Source: Mobula hypostoma
Taxonomy: Eukaryota
Reading direction: 5' to 3'
Length of the DNA: 64,000 bases
Assembly (NCBI RefSeq): GCF_963921235.1
Contig: NC_086108.1
Location: 109,060,001 to 109,124,000 of the forward strand
A program made the translations under genes and the position numbers. A model generated the notes under the pieces. The model saw only the letters and a program-made list of their open reading frames with translations, was not told the DNA's origin and did not search any database. Positions 1 to 12,405 of the stretch are shown here, in pieces (position 1 is the first letter of the stretch; the number at the start of each line of letters is the position of its first letter).

Positions 1-1032
1 TGGAGGCCTGTGACTAGTGGTGTGCCACAGAGATCAGTTCTGGGTCCATTGTTATTTGTCATCTATATCAATGATCTGGACGATAATGAGGTAAGTGGGA
101 TCAGCAAATTTGCTGATGATGCAAAGATTAGAGGTGTAGTGGACAGTGAGGAAGGTTTTCAAAGCTTGCAGAGGGATTTGGACCAGCTGGAAAAATGGGC
201 TGAAAATTGGCAGATGGAGTTTAATACAGACAAGTGTGAGGTATTGCACGTTGGAAGGACAAACCAAGGTAGAACATACAAGGTAAATGGTAGGGCACTG
301 AGGAGTGCAGTAGAACAGAGGGATCTGGGAATACAGATAAAAAAATTCCCTAAAAGTGGTGTCACAGGTAGATAGGATCATAAAGAGAGCTTTTGGTACA
401 TTGGCCTTTATAAATCAAAGTATTGAGTATAAGAGCTGGAATGTTATAGTGAGGTTGTATAAGGCATTGGTGAGGCTGAATCTGGAGTATTGTGTACAGT
501 TTTGGTCACCAAATTACAGGAAGGATATAAATAAGGTTGAAAGAGTGCAGAGAATGTTTACAAGGATGTTGCCTGGACTTGAGAAACTCAGTTACAGAGA
601 AAGGTTGAATAGGTTAGGACTTTATTCCCTGGAGCATAGAAGAATGAGGGGAGATTTGATAGAGGTATATAAAATTATGATGGGTATAGATAGAGCGAAT
701 GCAAGCAGGCGTTTTCCACTGAGGCAAGGGGAGGAAAAAACCAGAGGACATGGGTTAAGGGTGAAGGGGGAAAAGTTTAAAGGGAACATTCGCGGGGGCT
801 TCTTCACACAGAGAGTGGTGGGAGTGTGGAATGAGCTGTCAGATGAAGTGGTAAATGCGGGCTCACTTATAACATTTAAGAAAAACTTGGACAGCTACAT
901 TGATGAGAGGTGTACGGAGGGATATGGTCCAGGTGCAGGCCAGTGGGACTAGGCAGAAAAATGGTTCGGCACAGACAAGAAGGGCCAAAAGGCCTGTTTC
1001 TGTGCTGTAATGTTCTATGGTTTTGTGGTTCT
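1..1032 (+). mobile_element. CR1-clade LINE, RT C-terminal half and 3' end (frameshifted)
   Basis: ORFs 10-375 (GVPQRSVLGP, KFADD) and 356-952 (LEYCVQFWSP, RRMRGDLIEVYK, FFTQRVVGVWN); ends in a TCTATGGT-like tail. Confidence 0.95.
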
Positions 1033-1439
1033 AAATGAATGTTAACATTGCACTTGCCTTCCTCACCACCAATTCAACCTGCAATTTAACCTTTAGGAAA
1101 TCCTGAACATGTTTCTCTTTCTGTTCCAAAAATCACCCCATCTTTATTCCTCACACAATGAGTAATGATGTGTTTTACCAAGGACTCCCCCAGAGTGAGT
1201 ATTTATTATTTTCTTTACACTTTCACACTAAGTGCAGAACAATGGGAAGATGTTGACAATGATTGCTGAAGTGTTCTTAAGCAGCACAGTGTGTTTTTAT
1301 CAATATGGACAGTAACAATTATATATTGTGCACATTTCTTTGTCAATTACCCTTTCAACTGTTGGCATTAAGAGACACAAACCTTGGTGTTTATTATTAA
1401 CAAACAATTCATCCTCATACCTGAACCATCTGAAGACTT

Positions 1440-1930
1440 CAGCATCGTCCTCAAATAGATTGTGGTGACCTTGTGTTACAATTACTTTGAGCCAGTAAAT
1501 CGATGTGGTTAAAAGGGTCGGATGTTGTGTGCACAGCTTTGTAACACCGTCAAGTGGTGAAGATTCTTTGCATTTCTTCTCTACTGTTGCTCCGTTCATG
1601 GACTCTTCCAACATTGGAAAGGATGCCACGAGTAGACAGGGTGGAGTTGCAGTGTTCAGTGTGGCATTGGTGACGCACGGTGACGACTTGCTGGCAGCAG
1701 GAACAACCATTAATTACTGTATTAATCACACTTCCTGTCGAAAACGATCACCACAATTAATAACCGGTACCTTCCCTTACGGATGCGACCTTTGGAATGG
1801 CCTGTACAACCTGGCATTTCTGCGGTGTGAAACAAAGTCTCGACGATGCAGGACCGTTGTGGTGCATCGTGTATGGTGAGAATCAAGACAGTGGGGCCCA
1901 AGACTGAGACCGGGGAATGAGCCACTATTA
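1440..1930. promoter_or_regulatory. Unique CpG-retaining segment, candidate promoter/enhancer
   Basis: About 20 CpG in 480 bp of sequence not repeated in the window; ETS-like CACTTCCTG near 1728-1737, TGACGCA, and CCAAT on the minus strand; splice-donor-like motifs at both ends. Confidence 0.3.
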
Positions 1931-2532
1931 GGCTGCTGGAGTGGACTTAGAGGTGACTCTTAGTAGTAGAACTGAGGTGAGGCAGAGGCGAGGTAGAAGG
2001 GGCCATGCCTAAGAGCAAGGAACAAGGTTTGACCACTTTAAGTTCTGGACCAAATTGGAAAGGTCAGGGTGTTGGTGGCAGAGGTGAGGGTCAGTCCGGT
2101 GCTTAGCTCGCTACTCTGTGAGGTTTACCCATCCTGCACTGAACTGAGGTTGTGGCCTGCCACGAATGGGCTCCTGGATTGGCTGGAACAATGACGGTCT
2201 TCATGGCTGTGGACTCACTTTCATGAATTTCAGATCTGAATGCTATTTGCTTTTATCGTTTATAGGACTTGTTTTTCTTCTCTGCGCAGTGAGTGTTTGA
2301 CGGTCTTTTTTTTAAATGGGTCCTATTGGGTTTCTTTGTTTTGTTGCTGCCTGAAAGGAGACAAATCTCAAGGCTGTTTAATGTATATATAGTTTGATAA
2401 TAAATGTACTTTGAACTTTGAGGGTTTTGGCACATTGGCCTTCATCAGTCAAGATACTCAAATTTGGAGTTAAGAGGTTCAGTAATTCAATGGCTCCACT
2501 TAATATCAGAGAATGTATACAATATTCTCACT

Positions 2533-2790
2533 AGCAACACACATCAAAGTTGCTGGTGAACGCAGCAGGTCAGGCAGCATCTCTAGGAATAGGTACAGTC
2601 GACGTTTCAGGCCAAGACCCTTCGTCAGGACTAACTGAAGGAAGAGCTAGTAAGAATTTTAAATCTGATTTTAAAGCCTGAAACGTCAACTGTACCTCTT
2701 CCTAGTGATGCTGCCTGGCCTGCTGCGTTCACCAGCAACTTTGATGTGTGTTGCTTGAATTTCCAGCATCTGCAGAATTCCTCGTGTTTA
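2533..2790. mobile_element. Penelope-like element (PLE) 3' remnant, fold-back
   Basis: Segment 2535-2615 is inverted relative to 2677-2755; same terminal repeat as the GIY-YIG-bearing copies elsewhere in the window. Confidence 0.8.
2596..2633 (-). ncRNA. Minimal type I hammerhead ribozyme in PLE terminus
   Basis: Minus strand reads UAGUC-CUGACGA-AGGGUCUUGGCCU-GAAAC-GUC-GACUG: core boxes, stem I and GUC triplet present. Confidence 0.75.
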
Positions 2791-3929
2791 CAATATTCTT
2801 ACTCTTCACAGATGTCCCTGAAAACAGAAGAGAACACCAGAGAATGAATGTCAGAGAAACATTAGAACCCCAAACACCCCTCTCCCTCCACCCACACTCG
2901 AGCAGCAGCAAAGCGGCAACCCTCCCCTCCCTCACTAATTTCAGCAGCAAGCATCAGTGCCCACCACCCAGCAGGCAAGGAATAGCAAAGCCTCCAAAGA
3001 GGGACCATGATTTGCAGTCCAACAAAAACTATTCAACATGCCCAAGCTCAGGCTCTCTCTCTCTCACTAACAAGGGACAGAGATGTGTTACCCTTTCACA
3101 GAGAGAGGGGAGACCAATAAAGCAAAACAGCTCACTGATTACGATGTTACGTTCTGCCGTGTTGCTTTTATTCTGAATCCTGCAACTCGAAAATCTGCAG
3201 CAAACACTCTTCCACCATTGGGAGAAAGGGAGAGGGTGAGAGGGGGAGGAGGGAGAGGGTGAGAGGAGGAGGGGGAGGGAGAGAGAGAGATAGTTATTGC
3301 CTGAGTACAGAGGTCTCTGACAGCCTCATCCACTGTCACAATTCGATGTTACAATCTCCCACAATGCCTCAGTCAGCAACACTGGATGGAATGAGTTCCT
3401 CTACGGGGCTACAGGACCTCAATCTGAAGAAGTGCATTTTCCAGGACGCCTCCTGGGGATATGGAAAACAGCCGGTCGGCAAGCTCCAGCAACTCCCAAC
3501 CTCAGTGTCTTGACTGATGAAGACCAACGCTCCCCCACCCTCCACATCCAACCACCACCACTTTACCGTTTCCTGTCAGTCACCTTATGGGGGCCTAGCA
3601 TCACTTTATGGACATATAATCAAACTATGTACATAAACTATCGTATGAATTTAACTTGCAGTGTTTTTTGTGCTGCATCAGATTCAGAGTAACAATGATC
3701 TTGTTCTCCTTTACTCTTGTGTACTGAAAAAAAAATCAAACAGTCTTGAATCTTAAATATAGAGGGAAGCCACCTGGGTTGCAATCAGGAACTAAATGTC
3801 AGAGCTGCAGCTACAGTTGCAGTGAAGGATAAGTTGGTCAGACAAAAAGGAAGCAGTGGATTTTAATAAAGTAATTCCAGATACAAATGAATGCATCCAA
3901 AGTCCAGTCATGTTTATTATCATATGCAC

Positions 3930-4190
3930 AATTTCATTTAGGTATTCTTTAGCCAGAGGGTGATGAATCAATGGAATTCATTGCCACAGATGGATGTGGA
4001 AGCTAAGTCATTGGGTATACTTAAAGTGGAGGTTGATAGGTTCTTTATTACTCAGGCTGTCAAAGGTTACACAGTGAAGTCAGGAGAATGGAGATGAGAG
4101 GGATAATAAATCAGCCATGATGGAATGACAGAGCAGACTTAATGGGCAGAAGGATTTAATTCTGCTCTGTCTTATGATGTTATGGTCTCA
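3930..4190 (+). mobile_element. Old CR1 3' fragment
   Basis: Degenerate CR1 end (ttagccagagggtgatgaatc...) with TCTTATG-like tail. Confidence 0.75.
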
Positions 4191-4775
4191 TAACACTTCC
4201 TCTGAGTTTTTTCCAGCCATTCCTACATCCTGACTGATTATGTCATGGTCTGGTTATGGCAATTCATTTGCATAGTGACACAAGAAGCTGCAGTGAGTAG
4301 TGGGGTCTCTGCCCAACATATCATAAGCAATTCCTCTCCACCATCAGTAGTATCCACAGGAGGTGTGTCTTTAGAAGGTAACACCTGCCATCAAAGATCT
4401 CCACTATCCAGACCATGCTGCCTTCTCACAGTTACCATCAGGCAGGAGGAAAAGAAGATAGCCTCTCCATTGCCTGTTACTCTCTCGAAGAATCCCAGCA
4501 GGTTTGTTAGTGATGTTGTGATATGGAACTTTATCCCCATTCTGTGGCACTGATTTCACAAAGTAAAAGGGAAACTTGACGGGGACTTTCTTCACTCAGA
4601 GTGTGTGACAGTAGAACAAACGGCCAGTAGAAGTGGTGGATATGGGTTTGATTTCAAAATTTAAGAGAAGTTTGGAGGGTGTGGTTATAGTCCAACTGCA
4701 GGTCAATGGGGCTAGCAGAGTAACAGTTTGGCACAGACTAGGTGAGCTGCGGGACCAAATTCTGTCCTGTAGTGG

Positions 4776-5187
4776 GTTAGAGGGTGGTGATATGTCTCTA
4801 CCAAAGGAGGTGTGAGACACTCCTTCCTTCCACTAGCCTGCAGGTTGTCCTTGGGCAAGGTTTAGCACCTGCTTAGCCTCCCGATCAGGGTCACGTGAAA
4901 CCATAGGAGCAGATGGTGGATGGTCGTATGAGCAGCTGATGCATATCACAAGTCCTGGTTATGCAACCACTGATGGTAGGCAGAAAATCTCGGAAGAGTG
5001 TTGATAATGGCTGGGGACGGGGGGGGGGGTGGGCGGGGGGGGAGAAGGGGGGGGGTGTCACCCGTCTTGTAAAGACACTGCCCAGAAGAAGGCAATGGTA
5101 AATCACTTCTGTTGAATTTGCCATGAACAATCATAGACCATGATTGCCCACGTCATACAACATGGCACATAATGATGAAGATGATGA
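4776..5187 (+). mobile_element. SINE-like repeat with RTE-type 3' end (other copies about 5745-5915 and 12838-13200)
   Basis: Three similar copies in the window; GGCAATGG(C/T)AAA.CACTTCTG resembles RTE-derived SINE ends; (GAT)n tail. Confidence 0.65.
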
Positions 5188-6085
5188 GTTCTCTGTGACT
5201 GACTCTCAAAGCATCAGCTATTTGTGCTCTGGTTCCAAAACTGCATTCTGTAGAGCACAATAGATCTCAGAGGCACGGTGCAGAATTCTTTTGACACTCT
5301 GATGTCCCTTAACTACCAATCAAAGGTGAAATACTCAGCAATTCAACTTTGGTTAGAGCAAACTTCGAGTGATCCTTCCTACAACATTGAAAGAGCTCTG
5401 GGACAAATATAAAAGTACAAATAACAATTTGTTGTTATGTTTTCCAGTAATTATATCTATGGGGAATGCTTGAACTGTCTTGGACAGCTTTCTCCCAAAA
5501 CACTGAAGACTGACGGCTGAACCAGTGATGGGAATTCAAGATCTCGATGGAGGACTGATACAGAAAATAAGTTTCCAATTATGGGTTAGTCCAGAGCTTG
5601 GGGCCGAAAATGTAAGGGATTCAACGCAATGATGCAGTCACGAAGAAGGCACGCCTGCAACTCTACTTCGTTAGTTTGAGGAGATTTAGCATGTCAACAA
5701 ATTTCTACAAATGTGCAGTGGAAAGCATCCTGATAGGGATGGAGGCGTTAAATGGGTGACAAGGTGGAGATACGTCTCTACCAAAGGAGGTGTAAGGCGC
5801 TTCTTTCCTCCGCTAACTTGCTCTTGGGCAAGATGCAGCACCTGCTTAGCCCCCACCCGCCCTGAACAGGGTCACAAGAAGCCACTTCATACGACGCAGC
5901 ACGTAACGAGTGAACGATATGGGGAGGGAAGAGTTAGATTGCTCTTAGAATAGGTTAAAAGGTCAGCACAACATTATGTGCTGAAGGGTGGAAATGGCAA
6001 TATCAAGGGTGACTGGTGGAAAGAGTGGTGGGGGTGGCCAGGGGTGGAGGTGCAGATGTGAGAGGTCGGCTTTTTACACAGTGAG

Positions 6086-6380
6086 GGTGATGAGAGTCCT
6101 TGATGAAGATGAATAGGACCCAAATGCTGGGATATTGGAAGCAAGGTTTAAGATATAGTGTTACATTGGATCTGAGTTGAAAACAAACACTAGACGATAT
6201 CCCGAATAAGCTTACGATTGAGCATCAAACTGTTCCTTCAATACTCAATTTTTGTCTCTCGAACCATTGTTACCAATTAGCGGGAACGTCCTGAACCCCT
6301 GAAGGGGCCGCGCCAGCGATCTGTGATCCGGCGAGTTTGAGCATCTAAATCCAGGAAGCTGGCGTGGTTGTCCTGTTATG
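6086..6380 (-). repeat. 3' LTR of Gypsy element 1
   Basis: Alignable to 12406-12718, roughly 75 percent identical by eye. Confidence 0.85.
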
Positions 6381-9300
6381 AGACACCTCCTCTCCGACAG
6401 CTGATTCTTGATGGCCCTGGCTGCTGGGAGAGGTGGTGATGGTAATCGTGGATGAGAGCTGGATGCAAGATGTCTCTGGCGGGCACCTAGCACCTCTCCT
6501 CAAGTCCAAATCCTTCCCAGTCCACGAGGTATTGCCAAATCCCTTGAACAGTATGCAATTCCAAAAAGTCTTTTCACCATGCAGACCTGTTCTCCTCGAT
6601 AAAACTGAGTGGCCGGGGGCTAATGGTGATGGGGCTTAGGAGGTGGTGCAGAGAGTTTTTAATTTAGAAATGTGGAAAGTGGCATTGATCCTTAAGGTCT
6701 TGGGAAGCTTCGAGGTGCAAGCCATTGGGTTTTCTTTCCTCAGGATTTCAAAGGATCCAATGAACTTGGGCGCAAACTTTCCAGATTCCATTCGGAGTGG
6801 TAAACCTTGAATGGACAGTCAGACCTGTTGCTCAGGCTGTAAAGCAGGTCCCTGACTTCTCTTTTGGTTCACCTTCATCTTCGCTTTCTGCGTAGCGTCC
6901 AGCAAAATCTCTCTTGTCCTAATCCATCTTTGCTTGCAGCATTGGATGAGATCTTTGGCCACAGGGACCCCACCCTCGGCATCTTGTTCTGAAAAGAGAC
7001 ACAGAGGAAAGCCAAACTGGAACCCAAACGGTGACCTCCTGCATGCTGAATGCTGTAAGGTGTTGTTGGCGACCCCTGCCTACGTCAAATATCATACCAC
7101 CCGTCCGGGCTTTCTGAGGTCTGGCATCTTAGGACACGTTCTAAATCCTGGTTTGTCTGCTCCCGCTGACTGTTGGACTGTGGGTGAAACCCAGAGAAAA
7201 GGCTTGCTGTTGCCCCTATCAGTTTGCAGAACACCCTCCAGAAATGTGATATGAATTGTGGGCCACGATCAGAGACAACGTCCACCGGGAATTCACGGAT
7301 CCTGAAGACCCAGTCCAGGACAACCTCAGCTGTCTCTGCTACAGACTAAAGTTTCTCCAAGGTGATGAACCTGCAGGCTTTCAAAAACCGATCAACAATC
7401 ACATTGATGGCCAACTTCCTCTTGGTTGGCAGGAGGCTCGAGACAAAGTCCACAAAATCTGTGCCCATAGTCTTTCCGGACCAGGTAGTGGGAGGAGGAG
7501 CCCCTGAGGTCGCATACGGGGTTCCTTGTTCTGGTTGCGCAACTCACGTGTCTGCATGTACTGCCGAACGTCTTTCATCATTCTGGGCCACCAATACCTC
7601 TTCTTGATAAACTTGAGGGTCTCTACAATCCCTGGGTGTGCAGTCATTCTTGACAATATCCCCATTGGAGTACTTGGGACCAGATGGAACTTGGGATGAA
7701 CAGCTTACCCGGATGACCATTCCTAGGAATCTCCCTATGTGCTTGGGTCTTGTGAACAAGAGCTTCAGTTCCCCAATGAATTGGCGCTATCACCCTGGCC
7801 TGGGGCAAAATGATGGTAGGCTGCTCCTCTCGTTCCGGTTCGTCAAACTGACGGGTCAGGGCATCTGGCTTCTGGTTCTTTGACTCCTGTCGATAGGTCA
7901 GGATGAATTCAAAGCAGTTAAAGAACAAAGCCCACCTGGCCCACCTGGAATTCCACCGCTTGGCCTCTTGAATATAAGCCAGGTTCTTGTGGAAGTCCAA
8001 ATGATAAAATGATTCTTGGCTCCCTCCAGCCAGTGATGCCCTTCCTCCAAGGCTAACTTAACTGCAAGGAGCTCCCAATTCCCATTGTCCTCTCTGCTGG
8101 GAATAGCTGCCTGGAGAAGAATGCATACGGGTGCAGTTTACCGTCTGAAGGTGGTCGTTGGGACAAGACAGCACCCACTCTGATGATGAAGGGAAGGTCC
8201 GGGTTTGGAAAAACCAAGATGGGATCTGATATGAACTGCTGTTTAAGCTCTGCAAAAGCAAGCCTCCATTTCAATCATCCAGACAAATGGGCCCATGGAT
8301 TTCTTAGTGCCATCGAGCTGAAGTTCCCGTTGAACTTCTGGTAAAAGTTAGCAATCGCTGGACTTGTTTGGTACTGGATGGTAGTGGACAGTCTCTGACT
8401 GCCTGGGTCTTGGTAGGGTCTGTCTTGAGATTGCCATTGGAGATGATGAAACCAAAAAATGAACCAGTCATCACATGAAACACTGACTCCTCCAACTTGA
8501 CATAAAGTCCATGGTCTAGCAGCCTCGTTAAAATGTCCCTGATGTGAGTGACATGCTCCTCTATGGATTTTGACCTAAGTGTATCGTCCAGGTAGACAAA
8601 AGCATACTTATGGAGTGTATCCCAGAGCACATTGTTTATAAAGGCTTGGAAACGGCAGGGGGGTGTTTACAAGGCCGAAGGGCATAACCAGGTGCTCATA
8701 GTGTCCTGTCAGTGTATTGAGAACAGCCTTCTACTCATTGCCTTCCCTAATACAGACCAGACTGCATGCACTCCGATGGTCTAGTTTTGCGAATAACCTT
8801 GCTCCTTGAAGCATCTTGAAAGCCGTGTTCATGAGTGGAAAGGGGTAGCAATTCTTGGCTGTAATGCAGTGTAATTCCCTATAGTCAATGCATGGCTGCA
8901 AACTCCCAGCTTTCTTCAGTACGAAGAAGAAGCCTACACTGGCAGGTGAGGTGGAGGGCCAAATGAAGCCCGTGGCAAGCACATCCTTCATATACGCCTC
9001 CACTATGCTTCTCTCTGGGCCTGAGAGTGCGTACAGTCGACCCCGGGGGGGGGGAGGACAAGGATTGAGCAGCAGGTCTGTAGCCCAGTCATAGGATCAG
9101 TGCAGTGGAAGAGTTGAGGCCTTTCCTTTGCTGAAGACATCTTCCAAGTCCTAGTAAATGGAAGGATTTCTACCAGCTTGGACGCTGCAGTTACCCCCAA
9201 ACCTTCCTCCGAGGATGATTTCTGAGCCTCCGTTAGTTGCTGGGCTGCTTCAGCAGACCCTAGTGTCTCCCCCATAGGTCCACAAGTGTTTAGTCAAAAC

Positions 9301-9641
9301 AGAAGCCAAATCTTCTTCCATCTCTTCAAACATTGGCAGCGAGGTGTGACAAATAGTCCTTGTGTTCCTGAGACTAAGTCCTAAGGGTCTCCATCTTAGA
9401 GCCTTCCCCTTAGATGGGACCCGGCAAATGGAGCTCCTTAGCTGCTAAAGTTCCATATTGCTTGGACACCTCCTTGGTTTGCTCCTGAGCTAGAGATCTC
9501 ATTCCAGCACACCCCGGACTGGAGTGGGTCGGGACTTGCACAGGCCAGTTGGCTGTAGCTGGCTTGTCTTCCCTTGAATGTCGGACTGAAGGTTTCAGCT
9601 TAACCTGAGCAGATGTCAGTCTCCTCATTGGCTGCTGGTCT

Positions 9642-10614
9642 TTATTGAATTGACTTTATTTCTTACATCCTTCCCATACATGAGAAGTAAAAAATCTTTA
9701 CATTACGTCTCCGTCTGAATGTGCAATTTATAGTAATTTGTAATTAATAGTATGTACAGTAAGATATACAACAGAACAGTCAATATAACATAGAAGTACA
9801 ATTGCGTCAGCAGGAATTTATCAGTCTGATGACCCGGTGGAGGAAGCTGTCCCGGAGCCTATTTGTCCTGGCTTTTATGCTGCGGTACAGTTTCCCAGAT
9901 GGTGGCAGCTGGAACAGTTTGTGGTTGGGCTGACCTGGGTCCTCAATGATCCTTCAGGCCCTCTTTAAACATCTGTCGCTGTAAATGTCCTGAATAGTGG
10001 GAAGTTCACATCCACAGATGCGCTGGACTGTCCGTACCACTCTCTGCAGAGTCCTGTGATTGAGGGAAGTACAGTTCCCATTCCAGGCAGTGATGCAGCC
10101 AGTCAGGATGCCCTCAGTTGTCCCCCTGTAGAAAGTCCTTAGGATTTGAGGACTCATGCCAAATTTCTTCAACCATCTGAGGTGAAGAAGGTGCTGTTGT
10201 GCTTTTTTCACCACAGAGCCAGTATGTACAGACCAGGTGAAGTCCTCAGTGATGTGTATATTGAGGAACTTAAAGCTGTTAACCCTCTCAACCCCAGATC
10301 CATTGATGTCAATAGGGGCCAGCCTGTCTCTGCTCCTCCTGTAGTCCACAACCAGCTTCTTTGTTATTGAGACTTTAAGGGAGAGGTTGTTGTCTTGACA
10401 CCACTGTGTCAGGGTGATGACTTCTTCTCTGTAGGCTGCAAATTTATGCAAATGTATCATCTGTAAATGTAGTTAGCAGATTGGAGGTGCTGGTGGCGAC
10501 AGAGTCATGGGTATACAGAGTGTAAAGGAGGGAGCTTAGGACGCAGCCCTGAGGGGCACCTGTATTGAGGGTTAGAGGGACAGAGGTGAAGGAGCCTACT
10601 CTTACCACCTGCTG
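9642..10614 (-). mobile_element. Rex1/Babar-type LINE, 5'-truncated, nested in Gypsy 1
   Basis: TGAPQGCVLSSLLYTLYTHD..FTDDT and AYREEV..WCQDNNLSL, FKFLNIHI, FYRGTTEGILTGCITAW; AATAAA and short tail near 9645-9660. Confidence 0.88.
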
Positions 10615-11477
10615 ACTCAACTCTTGCAGCGATATGTCGAACTGATGGGCGACATACAGAAAATTACCTTCTGCCCTAGAGTCCACAAAAGCCTTCACCT
10701 GCCTTATGTTTTACCCCAGGTAAACTCCTTCAGCACAAAATCAGAATCCATGGGGTTGAGCATAATGGCTGCTACCATCACAGTCCTCCCAGCATTGGAG
10801 GGTCTTAGCAGTTCCCCAGGTGGCTGCAGCTTCGGGCACTCAGCTCCAGATGACCTGCTTCCCCACCGTAAAAGCAGCAACTTTGACTCCGGCACTACAA
10901 CCTCTCATTGGTGGAGAGTGTGGTGTAACAGATCTGCATGGGTTCAACTAGGTCTTGAACAGGCGATGGGCTGGTCATGGTCTGCGGCTGGGGACTGGAA
11001 CAGCGATGCATTGAATCCAGGCTTAGACCTCAAGGTGTAATCCCACTTACCAGCTGCTAGATGATTATCAAGACAGATGGGCTAGTAGATGAGAATCTCT
11101 AAGTTCTTTGCTGGCTCTCCCAAGACAAGGGTATACTTCAGATTATTTAGGAGTCCATGGTGGTATAGTGTGGCCAAGGCCTCCCTGTTCCAACCACTCT
11201 CCTGGGCCAAGATCCAAAATTCGATTGCACGGTCAGCCATTGACCGTTTCCCCAGTCAAATCTTCATTAGGCGGTCAGTAGCCATGTACTCTTCCAAACC
11301 CAAACAAATCTCTGACTTACATCCTCAATGTGCATGTGTCCAGGTCAGGCTCTTCCAGTCAGGAGAGAGTTAATGAACGTAAATACGAGGAATACTGCAG
11401 ATGCTGGAAATTCAAGCAACACACATCAAAGTTGCTAGTGAACGCAGCAGGCCAGGCTGCATCTCTAGGAAGAGGTA

Positions 11478-11515
11478 CAGTCAACGTTTCGGGCCGAGAC
11501 CCTTCGTCAGGACTA
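11478..11515 (-). ncRNA. Minimal type I hammerhead ribozyme (GUU triplet)
   Basis: UAGUC-CUGACGA-AGGGUCUCGGCCC-GAAAC-GUU-GACUG. Confidence 0.78.
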
Positions 11516-11998
11516 ACTGAAGGAAGAGCTAGTAAGAGATTTGAAAGTGGGAGGGGGAGGGGGAGATCCAAAATGATAGGAGAAGACAGGAGGGGGAGGG
11601 ATGGAGCCAAGAGCTGGACAGGTGATTGGCAAAGGGGATATATTCCATCTGGGTAGCCTCCAACCTGATGGCATGAACATTGATTTCTCTAACTTCCGCT
11701 AATGCCCCACCTCCCCCTCGTACCCTATCCATTATTTATATACACACATTCTTTCTCTCTCCTTCTCTCCTTTTTCTCCCTCTGTCCCTCTGTCTAAACC
11801 CCTTGCCCATCCTCTGGGTTTTTCCCCCGCCCCCCCTTTTCCTCCTCCCTGGGCCTCCTGTCCCATGATCCTCTCATTTCCCCTTTGCCAATTACCTGTC
11901 CAGCTCTTGGCTCCATCCCTCCCCGTCCTGTCTTCTCCTATCATTTTTGATCTCCCCCTCCCCCTCCCACTTTCAAATCTCTTACTAGCTCCTTCAGT

Positions 11999-12036
11999 TA
12001 GTCCTGACGAACGGTCTCGGCCCGAAACGTCGACTG
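11999..12036 (+). ncRNA. Minimal type I hammerhead ribozyme (GUC triplet, stem II mismatch)
   Basis: UAGUC-CUGACGA-ACGGUCUCGGCCC-GAAAC-GUC-GACUG; predicted cleavage after 12031. Confidence 0.7.
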
Positions 12037-12405
12037 TACCTCTTCCTAGAGATGCTGCCTGGCCTGCTGCGTTCACCAGCAACTTTGATGTGTGTTGAGA
12101 GATAATGAAGACCACTTTTCCATGCTTCGAAGATAAGCGGGTGGCTGCAGTTCAAACATTAAGAGCATTGGGTGGCAAGAACCTGGGTCACTGTCAAATC
12201 TCTCTGGGGTTGGAAGATGTGCTGACTCCGCAGAATGACCAACCTCTCTCCCGAGCGACCCTGGTTTCTTCCTTGCAAAAGCTGATGAATGGCTACCTAG
12301 AGGCTATGAATTTTCAGGCCTTGCCTGGAAATCCTTTCACTGAGGTTGACCACCATGGATGAAAGGTTCTGAACTCCCGCTTGGTCTATGCTGGCTCAAT
12401 CATAC

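Larger units (their letters stand above)
11378..12096. mobile_element. Penelope-like element with inverted terminal copy, nested in Gypsy 1 gag
   Basis: Minus arm 11378-11637, plus arm 11640-12096 encoding a GIY-YIG C-terminus (LGSLQPDGMNIDFSNF); 13-bp TSD GAGAG(T/A)TAATGAA at 11365-11377 and 12097-12109. Confidence 0.88.

Noticed and set aside
1300..1879. 136-aa and 124-aa overlapping ORFs as real proteins
   Set aside because: No recognisable domain in either frame; retained only as a regulatory candidate
5010..5057. Functional G-quadruplex
   Set aside because: G-run expansion inside one SINE copy, absent from the copy at 13060; no evidence of function
5455..5560. Kinase-like LHRDL on the minus strand
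   Set aside because: No other kinase motifs, and the frame stops within about 30 codons
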